DNA of 64,000 nt from an uncultured virus (IMG/VR IMGVR_UViG_3300025875_000009) (Duplodnaviria; Heunggongvirae; Uroviricota; Caudoviricetes). Every line of letters starts with the position of its first letter. The stretch's first letter is position 1. The translations under genes were made by a program, and so were the position numbers. A model generated the notes under the pieces. It was not told where the DNA came from and did not search any database. It worked only from the letters and a program-made list of their open reading frames with translations. The stretch is from IMG/VR virus record IMGVR_UViG_3300025875_000009, one strand, 5' to 3'. This document shows, piece by piece, positions 19,680 through 28,428 of the stretch.

Positions 19680-20461
19680 AGGAAGAACTTCTCCAGCAGG
19701 GCGAGCGCCGCGGCGCGGTCGGGAGTGCCGAACCGCGTGCCGCCGTCCAGCTCGTCGTCAGGCACGTTCTGGAAGTGAGTGACCAGCAGCATGTTCTGCA
19801 GCAGGTCGACGTTGGCTTGGTCGGTCAACCACGCCTTGATCGCGGGGGTGAAAGGGATCGGCTCGAACGCCGCCGGGTCGCCGGCCACGATCGCGGCCTG
19901 GATGGCGTCCCAGTGCGGTTCCAGCTTTTCCCAGCGGCCGTGGCCGAAGCCCTTGATGCCATCGATGTTGTCGCTGCTGTCGCCACACATCGCCTTGTAG
20001 AGCGCGATGCGCTTGGCATCGATACCCTTCATGTTCACGCCATTCAGCGTGCAGAGGTGGGCGATCTGGCCGTAGTCCATGTCGTTCGAATGGACGCGGC
20101 AGTGGACGCCCTTGGCGGCGAAGCGGCGCACCAGCGTGGCGATGACGTCATCCGCCTCCCAGCCGTGAACCTCGAACTGGATGGCCGGCGAGTGCGCAGC
20201 GACGTCGCGCCACAGGCGGATCTGAGCGTAGATGTCCTCGGGCGTTGGCGACCGGTTCATCTTGTACTGCGGGTAGATTTCACGGCGGCGCGCATTGTGG
20301 TCGCGGCCATCCCAGCACCATATCTGGGTGCCGGCAGGCTGCGCCATCGCATGCTCATAGCGCATGCGCAGCGACATCGGACGCTGGCCCGGCAGCTGTG
20401 CCTTCTGCTCGAAGGCACGGCGCATGACGTTGTTGCCGTCATAAAGGTCGATCACGGCCAC
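19676..20461 (-). CDS. 5'-3' exonuclease / flap endonuclease
   Basis: YDGNN, CWDG, YKMNR, EADDVI, SNDMD, GDSSDNIDGIKGFG. Confidence 0.9.
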   Translation of the reverse strand: MAVIDLYDGNNVMRRAFEQKAQLPGQRPMSLRMRYEHAMAQPAGTQIWCWDGRDHNARRREIYPQYKMNRSPTPEDIYAQIRLWRDVAAHSPAIQFEVHGWEADDVIATLVRRFAAKGVHCRVHSNDMDYGQIAHLCTLNGVNMKGIDAKRIALYKAMCGDSSDNIDGIKGFGHGRWEKLEPHWDAIQAAIVAGDPAAFEPIPFTPAIKAWLTDQANVDLLQNMLLVTHFQNVPDDELDGGTRFGTPDRAAALALLEKFFL

Positions 20462-20607
20462 AGGACGACCCCTGCGGTGCCCTGCAGGACGGTCGCAGCG
20501 ATCAGGAGCCAGCCAATGCGCGGCTGATCGATCGTCCAGTCGAACGCGCCAGCTGCGGCCCATGCACACGATGCGGCGCAGAGGAACAGGAGGATGGAGA
20601 GGATCAT
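20452..20607 (-). CDS. Small two-TM protein (51 aa, not in ORF track)
   Basis: MILSILLFLCAASCAWAAAGAFDWTIDQPRIGWLLIAATVLQGTAGVVLWP; fills gap with overlaps on both sides. Confidence 0.5.
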   Translation of the reverse strand: MILSILLFLCAASCAWAAAGAFDWTIDQPRIGWLLIAATVLQGTAGVVLWP

Positions 20608-20933
20608 ATTTCTTGCTCCAGCATACCGACGACGGCGTAGAACTCTTCGTCGGTGCGGATGAGGGCTTGGCTCTTGCGCCAGCCGTAGAGGATCGAGGTG
20701 TGGTCCTTGCCCAGCAGCGCGCCTACGCGCGGCAGCGACCAGCCAACCCGATCAATGAGAACGTGGGCGATCGCCCAGCGCGCCCGGCTGATGTTGCCGT
20801 GACGGCGCTGCGATCGAAGCTCGTCCGGCGTGACGCCGAAATGAGCGCAGGCACACGCGACAAGGCGGCCCGACACCGTAGTGCCGGGCCGCCCCGTTGG
20901 CCGATCGGAGGTGAAGCCGACCGTCGCCAGCAT
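20604..20933 (-). CDS. Stand-alone DnaA C-terminal (domain IV)-like DNA-binding protein
   Basis: FGVTPDELRSQRRHGNISRARWAIAHVL...SLPRVGALLGKDHTSILYGWRK; TGATG coupling. Confidence 0.8.
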   Translation of the reverse strand: MLATVGFTSDRPTGRPGTTVSGRLVACACAHFGVTPDELRSQRRHGNISRARWAIAHVLIDRVGWSLPRVGALLGKDHTSILYGWRKSQALIRTDEEFYAVVGMLEQEI

Positions 20934-21613
20934 CAGTCGCGGATCTTCTCGATCAGCTCGAACTGGGCGACGCCCCACTTGTTGTTGTTGCGGTTGGTCC
21001 GCATCAGGTGGGTGACCTTCACCTTGACCACCGCATCCTGCAGGCCCTGCTTGGTGAGGGTCCGCACGAACGACTGGAACTCCTTGAAGCCCGTCACGGA
21101 GGGGGTGATGCCGATCCGCGTTTCCGCGGGGACCGTCACGCCGTCGCCCGACTTGACGTCGTCCAGCAGGGTGACGGGGATCTCGGCCGTCTGGTACACG
21201 CCCGAGCACTTGGTGGTCGCTTCCAGATGGGCGAGCGCCTGCTGGAAGTTCTGCCCGTTCGGCGTGACCACGCCGTCATAGGACTTGATGAACTTGGTGT
21301 TGCCACCAACCTCACCGCGCGCCGAGTAGATCGGCACGACCTCGTTCATGTCGAGTTCGGCTTCGAACGACTCGAAATACTTCTTCATGTCCGTGCCGAT
21401 CTGGAAACCGGCCTGGTCCATGCGAAGGTAGTCGTCGACGCTGATGCCGCCGGCTTCGGCGAAGGACGCCATGCTGGGCTTGGCGAGAGCGCCTGCGCCG
21501 CCGGCCGGGGCCAGCTGCTGACCGGCGCCCTGGTCGAGGGCCGGAGGCGAGAAGGAAGCAGCCGCGCCAGCGGCCTGATCCATGACACGATCGAGAGCGG
21601 AGTTCTGAGCCAT
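20933..21613 (-). CDS. Replication-module protein, possible ssDNA-binding protein
   Basis: AGGA SD, strongly biased codons, position between helicase and exonuclease; function inferred from context only. Confidence 0.45.
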   Translation of the reverse strand: MAQNSALDRVMDQAAGAAASFSPPALDQGAGQQLAPAGGAGALAKPSMASFAEAGGISVDDYLRMDQAGFQIGTDMKKYFESFEAELDMNEVVPIYSARGEVGGNTKFIKSYDGVVTPNGQNFQQALAHLEATTKCSGVYQTAEIPVTLLDDVKSGDGVTVPAETRIGITPSVTGFKEFQSFVRTLTKQGLQDAVVKVKVTHLMRTNRNNNKWGVAQFELIEKIRD

Positions 21614-21724
21614 TTTGTGTTCCTGTTTCAGATGTTGTTCGCCGACGCGGTTGCGACCGGTGAGGCGCTTTTAGCGTGCGCCACGCGCAATGCCAAGGTA
21701 ATCTTAGAAGTTACCCGGCAATCT

Positions 21725-22024
21725 CTATCGCAGCTCCGTGAACCGGTCTGCAGTGAACTCGTCGACGGGCCGGACGAACTCGATGTCGGCCTCGCGGAAT
21801 TTGTCAAAATCGGGACCGGCGATACGGCGGTAGCGGACGCGCACCTTGCCGGTGTCGCTGTCGATGGCGTGGCCGGTGACCCGGTAGACGCCGCCCTTCT
21901 TGTGTTTGTAGGTCGTGCCCAGCTGAACACGCTCGCGAGCCTGCCGCAGCTCGTCGTTGAGGATCGCGGTGCGAGTGGCGGCCTCGGAAGAGGCATTCCA
22001 AGGTTCTTGCTGTGGATCGGTCAT
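21725..22024 (-). CDS. DUF1653-like protein
   Basis: YKHKKGGVYRV...V.YR...FVRPVDEF. Confidence 0.65.
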   Translation of the reverse strand: MTDPQQEPWNASSEAATRTAILNDELRQARERVQLGTTYKHKKGGVYRVTGHAIDSDTGKVRVRYRRIAGPDFDKFREADIEFVRPVDEFTADRFTELR

Positions 22025-22049
22025 TAGGTTTCTCCTTTATAGGAATGCG

Positions 22050-22082
22050 TTTTTATCTAGTTACCGGGTAATTAGATAAAAA
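22050..22082. promoter_or_regulatory. Second copy of the 33-bp palindrome (one arm mismatch)
   Basis: TTTTTATCTAGTTACC-G-GGTAATTAGATAAAAA. Confidence 0.75.
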
Positions 22083-22097
22083 ATATGTATTATAGAA

Positions 22098-22358
22098 CTA
22101 AGACACCGAACCCGCGGCGCGTCGAAAGAGAGTGGCCAAAAGCGCCACACTCTTGTAGCCCTGCGCGGCAATCACGTTCGGCGCACGGGCCATCTGCTTT
22201 TCGATGCGCTCGCTGTGCATCCGCTTCACCTCGATGAACACGTCAAAGGCCGGCAGGTAGAAGTCGAGACACTCAGGCTGTCGCTCATGCTCGAACTCGA
22301 CGCCGGCCGCGTCCAGCGCGTCGGCGATCTGCCGCTCCATCGGGTCAGTAATCTGCAT
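22098..22358 (-). CDS. Small PD-(D/E)XK nuclease-like protein
   Basis: LDFYLPAFDVFIEVK. Confidence 0.55.
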   Translation of the reverse strand: MQITDPMERQIADALDAAGVEFEHERQPECLDFYLPAFDVFIEVKRMHSERIEKQMARAPNVIAAQGYKSVALLATLFRRAAGSVS

Positions 22359-22578
22359 CGACCCACGCCTTCTTCGCGTCGTCCCACTGCTCGACCATGA
22401 CGAAGCCGAGGACGTGGGGCTGGAGCACGCGCTTGAGGACCGCCGCCTCGGCGGCCTCGTGAGCGTAGAAGGTCGGCATCAGGTCGTTGATGACGCACCG
22501 CACGGCGAACCGCGGGTGCCTGCGCAGGCCGAGCGGCAGGTCGGGGTGGTCGGCGGGGCCGAATGCGGTGTCGGTCAT
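22345..22578 (-). CDS. Hypothetical protein
   Basis: GGAGG SD, ATGA coupling to helicase. Confidence 0.55.
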   Translation of the reverse strand: MTDTAFGPADHPDLPLGLRRHPRFAVRCVINDLMPTFYAHEAAEAAVLKRVLQPHVLGFVMVEQWDDAKKAWVDADY

Positions 22579-24332
22579 GCTGCCTCCGTGAAGTGAAGAA
22601 CCGGCCGCGTGTCGTCGACACGATTGGCCAGCTGGCTCTTGGCCGTGTTGATCTGGAAGATGCGCGTCTCGATGTCGGTGGTGTACCGCAAGAACGTCAC
22701 GCGCAGCGTCTTCGTCCTGGACCCGCGGCTCGCGCGCCGGTAGGCCTGCAAGATGTTGGTGTCGAGATAGTCGAGCGAAACGAAGATCACATGATCGAAC
22801 ATTTCCCAGTTATAGCCGACCGCTACCGTCGGACCCGACCCCACAATGACGTCCAGCTCGCCTCGCTGCGCCATCTCGTCGATGCGTGCGCGCTGCGGGC
22901 CGCTCGTGTCGCTGTTGATGAGTTCTGCACGCAGTCCCAGATCACGGGCGAGGCGAAGGAGACGTTCCTGCTCGGGCTTGAGGCTCGCGAACATCAGGCA
23001 CTTGACGCCCTCCGACAGGTGGACCCGGAGACGTTCATCTTTTGCCGTCTCCTCACCCTTGGCGAGGCCCAGCGTCTCGGGGTGGCCCATGATCTGCCGG
23101 CACCGGATCAGGTTGACGCCCGGTAGGGTGCCATCCAGCGTCCGGCCATCCTCCAGTTCGAGCATGGCTTGCTCTTCGAACTTGTCGTACTCGGCCTGCA
23201 GCTGCTCGTTGAGGTCGACATACTCGGTGAAGAACACGACGTCCTCCTCGCCGTAGACTTCCTCGAACGTGCGGCGGATCGAGTGGCGCTCGATGATCGC
23301 CTTCAGCTTGGCCTCGTTCTTCCAGACGATGACGCGATCGTAGTCGTCGGTGATCGCGGCGTGTTCGTAATAGAAGCCCTGCAGCGACCCATAATACCGC
23401 GGCTCGATCACGCTGATCGCGGCGTAGGCGCTGTCGAGGCGGCCGTTGATGAGCGTGCCGGTCATGCCGACGAACCGCTCGACCTTGCGCATCACCCAGT
23501 AGAAGCTCTCGGTCGCCTTGCTGGTTGGCGTCGAGTAGCCGCCGGGCATGTGCAGCTCGTCGACCAGCAGCAGCTTGGCGTCGGGGAACGCCGCGAGCAG
23601 CCGGTCATAGTGCTCCGACATGAAGGCGAAGGTGAAGATCACGACCTTGACGCCCTGCTGAGCGTAATAGCCGATCAGGTCACGCGCCGTTTCTTCCTCG
23701 ATCACGTCGTCGCGCATCGGCGTGACGCCATCCGGCATGAACTTGGGCACGACTTCGAGGCCCGGAGGGCACTCCATGCTGCGCACAGGCTTGCCGCGCC
23801 CGTCGAGTGGTGCCCACTCGAACGAGGTGAGGTTGTCGGCCGTCTGGAACGGCCGGCTGTACCAGAACTTGATCGCCTTGGCCTGCGCGGCGGCGCTCTT
23901 GCTGGTCTGCTTCGCTGCGGCGCGCTCACGCAGGGCGTGGGTGGTCGTCTGCTCGCCTGTTTGGACCACGCGAACCGGCCACGACTTGATCGTTTTCTGC
24001 CGCTGGATCGTTGGACCGGTCCAGCTGTTGGTCATCGCGAGGTGGTCGGTCTTGAGGATCGCAACGTCGTCGCCCGGCGTGTACCGCTTGGGGTTCTTGA
24101 CGTTGAAGTCGGAGAAGCGACAAATCTCCTTGAGGTTCTTGTTCAGCAGCGACTTGGGCATTGACCAGAAGGTTCGGCCTTGCTGTCGTGCCCACACCCA
24201 ATAGGCGTAGACGCAACAAGGAGGGGTCTTACCCGTTCCCGGATCGCTAAGATCGAGACATCTTGGGTTGGCGATATAGAAAGCAAGCTGTCCGACTTGT
24301 TTTTCGCGCAGCTGCGGGATCTCTTTTTCCAT
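22575..24332 (-). CDS. SF2 (SNF2-like) DNA helicase
   Basis: DPGTGKT, LLVDELH, GMTGT, VGYNW, QAYRRASR. Confidence 0.9.
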   Translation of the reverse strand: MEKEIPQLREKQVGQLAFYIANPRCLDLSDPGTGKTPPCCVYAYWVWARQQGRTFWSMPKSLLNKNLKEICRFSDFNVKNPKRYTPGDDVAILKTDHLAMTNSWTGPTIQRQKTIKSWPVRVVQTGEQTTTHALRERAAAKQTSKSAAAQAKAIKFWYSRPFQTADNLTSFEWAPLDGRGKPVRSMECPPGLEVVPKFMPDGVTPMRDDVIEEETARDLIGYYAQQGVKVVIFTFAFMSEHYDRLLAAFPDAKLLLVDELHMPGGYSTPTSKATESFYWVMRKVERFVGMTGTLINGRLDSAYAAISVIEPRYYGSLQGFYYEHAAITDDYDRVIVWKNEAKLKAIIERHSIRRTFEEVYGEEDVVFFTEYVDLNEQLQAEYDKFEEQAMLELEDGRTLDGTLPGVNLIRCRQIMGHPETLGLAKGEETAKDERLRVHLSEGVKCLMFASLKPEQERLLRLARDLGLRAELINSDTSGPQRARIDEMAQRGELDVIVGSGPTVAVGYNWEMFDHVIFVSLDYLDTNILQAYRRASRGSRTKTLRVTFLRYTTDIETRIFQINTAKSQLANRVDDTRPVLHFTEAA

Positions 24333-24365
24333 TGCGGACCTCCTGAAACCTGTTAAACGTAAGCC

Positions 24366-24842
24366 ATGACAGCTTTACTATCCAGAGACGATGCCCAAAG
24401 CAAGAGCCTGCCCCGGTTCTTCACTGGGGTGCCCTGCCGTAACGGCCACGTCGCCGAGCGATACACCAGCACCGGCCAGTGTTTTGCCTGCCTCTCGGCT
24501 TCCAACGAGAGGCGGTATCGAAGCAACCCGTCTGAGTTCAAAAAGAGAAGCCAAGAGTGGCGCAAGAAGAACCCAGAAAAGTATGCTCGCTCTAATAAGT
24601 CCAGTCGCTACAAAAAGGTATATGGGGTTACCATCGACCAAGTGGAAGCGATGGCCGAGGCTCAAGGGAACGCTTGCCCTGCTTGCGACTGTTCTTTTGA
24701 GGAGCGAGTTCCTCATATCGATCATTGTCATGCTACTGGAAAGGTGCGGGGTCTTCTGTGCGGACCCTGTAATCAAGCTCTCGGTCTGACCAAAGACAAC
24801 CCCGAGACGCTGCGCCGCTTGGCGGCCTACCTAGAGCAGTGA
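24366..24842 (+). mobile_element. Free-standing endonuclease VII-type homing endonuclease gene
   Basis: N-module FFTG.PC.NGHVAERY...C..C; HIDHCHATGKVRGLLCGPCN; lower GC; antisense to neighbours. Confidence 0.9.
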
Positions 24843-25067
24843 CGGCCGCGGCAGGCGGCCCTTCTTGTCAGGCAGCAGGCACTTGTGCTGCACGTTACTG
24901 CCGGGTTCAATCAGGATCCAGCCGCCGCCCTTCTCATTGCCCCAGCGCAGGTTGCGCCGACCGCAGATTGAGCAGGTGACCGGGCGAGGCGCCGGCCGTC
25001 GCGGTGGGCGCCCCCAATTGCAGTCGCCGATCCAGCGATCGACGAGGGCGTCGGCATATTCGCCCAC
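24831..25067 (-). CDS. Small Cys-containing hypothetical protein
   Basis: GAGGA SD, GTG start, CSICG...HKC. Confidence 0.5.
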   Translation of the reverse strand: MGEYADALVDRWIGDCNWGRPPRRPAPRPVTCSICGRRNLRWGNEKGGGWILIEPGSNVQHKCLLPDKKGRLPRPSLL

Positions 25068-25238
25068 GTCAGCTTCCTCTCTTGAGCATGTCCTCGATCC
25101 ACGACCGACCCAAGGACGGCGTGGATACCATGATTACGGTCTTGGCCATCTGCTCGGCCATACGCCGGCTGGCGACGCCGAGGCTATCCAGCTGACGGTT
25201 CAGTGGTCGGATTGCCTCACCCGCAGGGCGGATGAGGT

Positions 25239-25859
25239 CTACGGGAAAGGGTGGCCGGCACTCCAGACTTGGCCGCCGTCAGCATAGAACTGCGGGTGGA
25301 AGTTGCCGAGGTTGAAGGACCAGTCCTTGTACTTCTCGGCCTTCAACCTGGCGAACCGCTCGACCGACTGCTGGAACGCTTCGCGACTGCGTTGCGTGCA
25401 GAGCCGAAACTGCCGATTGCGATAGTCCATGATGAACTGCCGGCCACGCCAGATTTCCTTGCCGTTGGTGGCGATCTGGCAGATGCCGAAGTCGAAACAG
25501 GAGAAGAGATCGTCGATCGTCTTGCCCCACTGCCCGACCACGATCTGGAAGGGCGGCGCGCCGGGGATCTCGAAGTCGACGACGCCGATGATGCGGTTGT
25601 CCGACCGCGGGTACATCTTGTCGCCAACGATTGTGCCCTCGACGCCGACGCTCGCCAGCATGTCGACGACCTTACGCAGGTCCGTCTCGCGGTCCTCGTC
25701 GACCGGCACGAAAATGTCGATGTCCTTCACCGGCACGCCGACCGTGCGATCGCGCAGGCAACCGCCGGCCATCACCGCGGTCGGGATCAGTTGGCGCACC
25801 AGCGCCAATCCGTCCAGCCACCGCTTGGGAATGTTGGTGACGTCGTTCAGTCCCGTCAT
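25239..25859 (-). CDS. Nucleotidyltransferase, CCA-adding/poly(A) polymerase head-domain type
   Basis: AGGCLRD...KDIDIF, FDFGICQI; start uncertain (frame open upstream). Confidence 0.8.
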   Translation of the reverse strand: MTGLNDVTNIPKRWLDGLALVRQLIPTAVMAGGCLRDRTVGVPVKDIDIFVPVDEDRETDLRKVVDMLASVGVEGTIVGDKMYPRSDNRIIGVVDFEIPGAPPFQIVVGQWGKTIDDLFSCFDFGICQIATNGKEIWRGRQFIMDYRNRQFRLCTQRSREAFQQSVERFARLKAEKYKDWSFNLGNFHPQFYADGGQVWSAGHPFP

Positions 25860-25966
25860 GGGCATGTTCTCCAATATCATCCAGCGCCGGCCGAGCACTG
25901 GCTCGATGCCGTCGCTGTGTGGCCCGAGCTGCTTGATGTTGCGGCTCGGGCGCACGGTGGTGTACC

Positions 25967-26719
25967 TTACGCGGTCTGGGGGAGTGGACGCCATTCCGGG
26001 TTCTCCCGAGGATAGCCGCGCGGGTTGGTGATGATCGGCACACCGTGGCGCACCACATTCACCGCGGCGTGGGTGTGGCCGTGGTGCCAGCGCAGGATGC
26101 GCTCGGCGTTGAAGGCCATGACCTGCTCCATCATCGGGTTCCAGTAATATTGGTTCCCATCCGACCCGAGATACTTCGGATCGAGGCTGGCCTCGCACGG
26201 TGCTGTGTGGGTCACGACGATCGCCTTGCTGCCCTCGTCCATCTTGGACAGCTGCTCGGCGACGTACTCGGCATGGCGCTTGGCGGCGTCGTTGACCTCG
26301 CTCGCGCAGCCGACCAGCTCGCCGTCCGACATGTAGTTCTTCCAGTGGCCGGCGTCGGCCACCTGATACCAGCCGTTGACGATGATGAGGTACAGGCCGT
26401 CGCGAATGCGCAGTGCGCGCGGCTGCGTCGGCTTCTGCATGGTCGCCGCGGCGGCCATCATCTCATAGAACCGGTCCTCCGTCTCGCGGATCGACCGGCC
26501 GGCGCGCTTGTTGGCGTAGTGCTCGTGGTTGCCGTCGCAGGCCAGCACCTGATGGCCCTTGCGGGCCAGCTTCTCGACGAACTTGAAGTTGCCGAGGCCG
26601 TTGCCGAGGTTACCGGCGATCAGGATGCGCCGCTCCCAGTCCATCACCGAAAGGCGATGGGCGTGGGCGTGGTCCATGTGCAGATCGGACGACAGGCTGT
26701 AGTCGAAGCGTTCCATCAT
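25967..26719 (-). CDS. Calcineurin-like metallophosphoesterase
   Basis: SDLH, AGN (instead of AGD), GNHEHY, VTHTAP, HGHTH, NPRGY. Confidence 0.85.
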   Translation of the reverse strand: MMERFDYSLSSDLHMDHAHAHRLSVMDWERRILIAGNLGNGLGNFKFVEKLARKGHQVLACDGNHEHYANKRAGRSIRETEDRFYEMMAAAATMQKPTQPRALRIRDGLYLIIVNGWYQVADAGHWKNYMSDGELVGCASEVNDAAKRHAEYVAEQLSKMDEGSKAIVVTHTAPCEASLDPKYLGSDGNQYYWNPMMEQVMAFNAERILRWHHGHTHAAVNVVRHGVPIITNPRGYPRENPEWRPLPQTA

Positions 26720-26824
26720 TCTTCCAGCAGTTTCTTGAGCAGGCGCTTGCTCTTGCGCAGCGCCTCCTTCTGGGGTGGATCCATCTGCTCGGTGATCGAG
26801 CGGGGCAGGTCGGGAGGCGGAAGC

Positions 26825-27208
26825 CTAGAACTGGACTCTTTCATAGCTGATCTCGTTCACTTGCTCGGTGGTGAGAGTGAACGCGATCGTTGCCTTGGCC
26901 TTGCCGCCCTGCGCCCGCGGCGAACACCGCGGGTCAGGGTGAGCGAAAATCGAAACCTCGATCGCGTTCGTCTTGGCGTGTGCGCTGACGAACAGACGCT
27001 TGAATTTCAGCACAAGGCCCTTGACCAAGGTGACCCGGTCTAGATGTTGGGTGGCCTGCTTGTAGTCCCACGGCTTGTCGGGATGCGTGATGGTCCAGAT
27101 CGAGTGGAGATCGGGCACCTTCCAGCCGTACGGCGCGTCGGTGGTCATGATGGTCACGTCGTCAGTGACGCGGATCAGGTCGCCGACCTTGGGGATGAAC
27201 ATCTTCAT
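26825..27208 (-). CDS. Hypothetical protein
   Basis: 127-aa ORF with ATGA coupling. Confidence 0.55.
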   Translation of the reverse strand: MKMFIPKVGDLIRVTDDVTIMTTDAPYGWKVPDLHSIWTITHPDKPWDYKQATQHLDRVTLVKGLVLKFKRLFVSAHAKTNAIEVSIFAHPDPRCSPRAQGGKAKATIAFTLTTEQVNEISYERVQF

Positions 27209-27525
27209 CGCACGCGCTCCACGCGATTGGGTGAGGTGATCTGCACGTTCTTCCCGCCGACCTCACGAACGGCGATCTGGTTGTGCTCGAAAAAGTGCAG
27301 CAGCTCGTAGTGGACGCCGTCGGCGTCGTTCTTGAACCGCACGACGTCGCCCTTAGCGACCGGCTGCTCGACGATCGTGAAGGCCGTCTCGCGCTGCAGT
27401 AGCCAGCCGATCTCACTGCCGTTGGGCAGGAGCTTGGCCATGATCTGCTGGCCGCCATCATACGGCGCAACCGAAGTGACGACGGCCTTGAGCTGGACGA
27501 CGTCGCCCTTACGCAGCGCGGCCAC
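27205..27525 (-). CDS. Hypothetical protein with two KGDVV modules
   Basis: LRKGDVVQL and VAKGDVVRF; GGAGG SD. Confidence 0.55.
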   Translation of the reverse strand: MAALRKGDVVQLKAVVTSVAPYDGGQQIMAKLLPNGSEIGWLLQRETAFTIVEQPVAKGDVVRFKNDADGVHYELLHFFEHNQIAVREVGGKNVQITSPNRVERVR

Positions 27526-28108
27526 GCGCAGCCTCCATGCGGTCGTAGCCGCACAGGTCGTTGAACCGCATCAGCCAGTTGCGCTTTGCCATGCGTGGCG
27601 TCCAGCTGGTCAGGTCGACCAACGGCAGCAGATGCTCGAACTCGACGCCTTGCAGCACCTCGTGCGCCCCGCGGTCGCCCTTGATGTGAACCATTTCGAG
27701 GCCCAGCATCTGCCGGTCAGCGAGGTGGACGGCCGGCGACATCTCGACCGGCACGCCGAACGTCGGCGCGGTGACACGCTCGATGTTGCGCTCGATCGTC
27801 TTGAAGCCAGGGTTGGCCACCTTGAGCGGCGTCGTGATGTCGTTGGTGAAGCCCTCACTGCGGTCATGCAGCAGCGCCTCGTACTGGAGGTCTTCGTCGC
27901 CATCGACGATCAGGCTCGTGTTCACGAGGTGCTGGCAGATCGAGTAGAAGTACGGCAGGTGGCCGGCGAAGCGACAATTGTTCGACAGCGGTGTGACCAT
28001 GTCGTCAAGCGACACGTCGGCGCGGGGGTTCAGGTAATCGAACAGCTGGCCGGACAGCAGGGTGATGCCATCGGTCAGCGGGATGACGTCGCTCGGGATA
28101 GGGCGCAT
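27509..28108 (-). CDS. HD-domain phosphohydrolase (YfbR/YfdR-like 5'-deoxynucleotidase)
   Basis: LSN.CRFAGH, YSICQH, ALLHD.SE, DI.TPLK, VHLAD. Confidence 0.85.
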   Translation of the reverse strand: MRPIPSDVIPLTDGITLLSGQLFDYLNPRADVSLDDMVTPLSNNCRFAGHLPYFYSICQHLVNTSLIVDGDEDLQYEALLHDRSEGFTNDITTPLKVANPGFKTIERNIERVTAPTFGVPVEMSPAVHLADRQMLGLEMVHIKGDRGAHEVLQGVEFEHLLPLVDLTSWTPRMAKRNWLMRFNDLCGYDRMEAARGRAA

Positions 28109-28123
28109 GATTGTCTCCTTGCC

Positions 28124-28159
28124 AAAGAAAAGGCCCGACCACCTTGCGGTGGCCGGGCC
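28124..28159 (-). terminator. Intrinsic terminator
   Basis: 12-bp GC-rich stem (one G-U on the minus strand) at 28132-28159, followed on minus strand by TTTTCTTT. Confidence 0.75.
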
Positions 28160-28183
28160 GAAGAAGTCAAGATGTCGCTGCGA

Positions 28184-28417
28184 TTATTTCCGCAGCGCGT
28201 TCGAGATGGTGCGGAAGAAAGCAACGAGCACGCCGCCGGCAGCGACGATGCCGCCGACCGCCTCGGGCGTCGCCACAGCGGCGGGCAGGTGCCCGGTCGC
28301 TGTCAGCAGGCCGAAGAACGTCAGCAGGATCGCGGTGATGTTCGTCTTGGACGTCCACTTGGACTTGACCTCGACAGTCGCGAGCGCGCCGACAACGGGG
28401 GTGGTGGTTTCGGTCAT
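28184..28417 (-). CDS. Small two-TM holin-like protein
   Basis: KSKWTSKTN then two hydrophobic helices and basic C-terminus; GGAG SD. Confidence 0.5.
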   Translation of the reverse strand: MTETTTPVVGALATVEVKSKWTSKTNITAILLTFFGLLTATGHLPAAVATPEAVGGIVAAGGVLVAFFRTISNALRK

Positions 28418-28428
28418 GGGGTTCTCCA

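Noticed and set aside
5543..28108. Complete 2-aminoadenine (Z) or 7-deazaguanine pathway
   Set aside because: No PurZ, QueC/D/E, FolE or DpdA homologue is recognisable in the window.
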